Below, in pieces: positions 62,173-64,000 of a DNA stretch of 64,000 nucleotides (the stretch's first letter is position 1; every line of letters starts with the position of its first letter). This DNA is from Puniceicoccales bacterium (GTDB lineage Bacteria; Verrucomicrobiota; Verrucomicrobiia; Opitutales; JAIRKQ01). Location: assembly GCA_031260055.1 (NCBI GenBank), contig JAIRKQ010000025.1, positions 2,302 to 66,301 on the forward strand. The letters are read 5' to 3'. The notes beneath the pieces are model-generated. The model was not told the origin of the DNA. It ran no database searches and worked only from the letters and a program-made list of their open reading frames with translations. Made by a program: the position numbers and the translations under genes.

Positions 62173-63156
62173 TTACTCTTCGAGAAATGCCTCCTCCTCT
62201 AGTCCTAAGAGTCCAAAACTAAATGCAGGATATCTTTCCTTCAGCTTTACAACTTCTTCTTTACTAGCTGCGTCCCGTGCGATTACATGTCCAATAGTTT
62301 TACGCAAGCTATCCCAATATACTTGATTTCCTTCGTTTGGCGGTGGTAATTTGCTTAAAATTAAATCAACGATACTTCGTTGTTCATCTTGCATCTTGTT
62401 CAGCCTATCTTTATTGAGTAAAATGTCTCTCGTTTCCTGGGCCAAAACAGTTACCCATTCATCGACTTTTTCCGGCGGTAAATCTTGTGGGAAAAGTCCG
62501 GGTGCTTCTCGTAGATTTCCCTCTATTTCTTCTACCGTCAACCCTTCGGTTGTATCTTCCGAAAAATCTTCAAATAATATATCCATAAAGTCCTCTATCG
62601 CCGTTAATTCTCTTGTGAGAACCTCTCCAGGTTTGAAAAATTTTATTCTTTCGAAAAATTCCGCAAAAGTGGGAGACTCTCCGATAGACTTTAGCAGGCA
62701 ATCTCCCGATATACCATTGACCAATTGAATAGCTATTTGGTGCCCGTTTGGCAAGAGCAGTATAAACCCAAATTTTCTTGAGTCAAATATACCCGGAAAA
62801 GGCAACCATGCAACAATTTTATCCTCCGGTAGATTTGCAGTATTCGCCACCGTAAACTCCAGCCAAGACGTCGGAGGGTTAACCGCTGAACTTTGGAGAA
62901 CAACAACAGGTGGAGCAACAACGCAAGGGGCAAAATCAACTACCACCGAACGTGCCGCCAGCACATCCTCGGACATTTTCCTCGGAGGAATACCAACTAT
63001 CTTACCGCCTACTATGGCAAAATCTTCATCTTCTGCAGCATCGTTTTGTTCGTCCACTAGCTTCGCACCCAATTGACCATAATCGTGAACAGACAGCACT
63101 TTTTCTATTTTTCTCATAGGGAGGACATTTAGAAAAAACTTTCTCAACTCTGTCAA
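62173..63156 (-). CDS. paralog 4 of the tandem unknown family (longest copy, with an extra acidic insert)
   Basis: 327 aa. It has the same conserved blocks plus an insert, FAEFFERIKFFKPGEVLTRELTAIEDFMDILFEDFSEDTTEGL. Confidence 0.7.
   Translation of the reverse strand: MTELRKFFLNVLPMRKIEKVLSVHDYGQLGAKLVDEQNDAAEDEDFAIVGGKIVGIPPRKMSEDVLAARSVVVDFAPCVVAPPVVVLQSSAVNPPTSWLEFTVANTANLPEDKIVAWLPFPGIFDSRKFGFILLLPNGHQIAIQLVNGISGDCLLKSIGESPTFAEFFERIKFFKPGEVLTRELTAIEDFMDILFEDFSEDTTEGLTVEEIEGNLREAPGLFPQDLPPEKVDEWVTVLAQETRDILLNKDRLNKMQDEQRSIVDLILSKLPPPNEGNQVYWDSLRKTIGHVIARDAASKEEVVKLKERYPAFSFGLLGLEEEAFLEE
62847..63044 (-). repeat. 198-nt block nearly identical to 61615..61812 (paralog 4 copy)
   Basis: See the partner feature. 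It encodes VGGKIVGIPPRK.SEDVLA.RSVVVD.AP.VVAPPVVVLQSSAVN.PTSWLEFTV. Confidence 0.8.
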
Positions 63157-63261
63157 TATTTTGAAATAAATTTTTTAATTTGTTAATTTTTTCACATTTA
63201 AAACCCCCTGCTTCCCCGGAAGCTTCGCTCCTCACGCAATGAACCCATTCCCTGCCAACCC

Positions 63262-64000
63262 CTAGGATTTTAACAATTCCCGCAGGGTTTTATCAACCAT
63301 GGTGGGGTTTGCTTGGCCCCGGGTTTCCTTCATGACAAACCCTTTAATGGCGTTGATTGCGGAATCTTTTCCGCCACGAAATTCTCGGGCTGCTTTTTCA
63401 TTTTTTTCAATGGCAGTTTGGCAAAATGCGAGCAGTTCGTCGTAGTTGGCATTCTGTTTTAATCCCTGTTCCTGTACGATTTCGTTAGCCGATTTCCCCG
63501 TTTGAAACATTTCGATAAAAACGCCCTGGGCAATCTGTTTCGAAATCACACCATCGTCCGTCAATTTTACCAGTTCTGCTAGGGCTTGGGGGGAAATTTT
63601 ACAGCTATTGGTTTCCATAATATCCAACTCTTTGTCGGAACTTTGATCGACATTTGATAATTCACGCAACAGGTCATTGGCGATTATATTAGCAATGGCC
63701 CGCGGATTATTGTGAATTGCTACGGCTGTTTCGAAAAAATCACTCAATGTTTTTTTCGTACAAATTACGGATGTTATGGTATATGGTAGGTCATAGTGAC
63801 TAAAGAAACGTTCCTGTTTCGCGAATGGCAATTCCGGGATCTCAGATGTAATCGTAGCTTTTGTTTCCTGCGATATCCGTATGGGCATCAAATCCGGATC
63901 GGCAAAATACCTATAGTCAAATGCTGTTTCCTTGGTACGCATCACGGTTGTTGCATTGGTATCTGCGTTCCATCGCCGTGTTTCCTGGTAAACCTTTCCG
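63262..64000 (-). CDS. gatB: Asp/Glu-tRNA amidotransferase subunit B (C-terminal part; N-terminus beyond window edge)
   Basis: The frame stays open to base 64000 (GKVYQETRRWNADTNATTVMRTKETAFDYRYFADPDLMP), matching the GatB core. The C-terminus is a YqeY-like tail. The track start at 63945 is internal. Confidence 0.9.
   Translation of the reverse strand, partial: GKVYQETRRWNADTNATTVMRTKETAFDYRYFADPDLMPIRISQETKATITSEIPELPFAKQERFFSHYDLPYTITSVICTKKTLSDFFETAVAIHNNPRAIANIIANDLLRELSNVDQSSDKELDIMETNSCKISPQALAELVKLTDDGVISKQIAQGVFIEMFQTGKSANEIVQEQGLKQNANYDELLAFCQTAIEKNEKAAREFRGGKDSAINAIKGFVMKETRGQANPTMVDKTLRELLKS

Noticed and set aside
61921-63235. Small ORFs 61921..62151 and 63026..63235 in the spacers of the paralog array, sharing an EASGEA peptide.
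   Set aside because: The shared peptide is just the translation of the repeated 18-nt palindrome TGCTTCCCCGGAAGCTTC. The rest is not conserved between them, and 63026..63235 overlaps the start of paralog 4.

Overview
This is a gene-dense, moderately AT-rich chromosomal segment with no rRNA, CRISPR array, transposase, integrase or phage gene that I can see. Most of it is core housekeeping. One block is tRNA-Thr, tuf, tRNA-Trp, secE, nusG, rplK, rplA, rplJ, rplL, rpoB and rpoC. A long minus-strand run holds sucC, sucD, rpsR, tsaC/sua5, pgpA, rseP and ispG, followed by three prepilin-type genes. Also present are dnaE, glgA, radC, sufC, sufB, ispH, prmA, valS, lpxB, a partial gatB and a GldA/F/G-like ABC exporter whose last gene is missing from the ORF track. 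Lineage is a guess. The EF-Tu block [21 protein letters not shown], the many prepilin-type N-termini, and a PilM/N-like gene next to an Amuc_1100-like gene suggest a non-chlamydial PVC bacterium (Verrucomicrobia or Lentisphaerae-like). An OTU-like cysteine protease and a CesT/SycE-like chaperone with a coupled downstream gene suggest association with a eukaryotic host. The most interesting locus is 58.9-63.2 kb, between lpxB and gatB. It holds four tandem, same-strand paralogs of a roughly 290-330 aa acidic protein family I cannot assign to any known family. The copies share conserved 5' and 3' cassettes and mosaic interiors with a gene-conversion look, and one copy is frameshifted. Other points worth a second look are a 1-nt frameshift in essential rpoB with an ATGA stop/start overlap, a 141-bp tandem duplication that creates a mini-lipoprotein ORF, an LpxL-GT9 fusion, and a RelE/ParE-like gene paired with a membrane protein. 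There are also remnants of a Bat/MoxR-type module. All functional calls come from motif recognition by eye; no searches were run.
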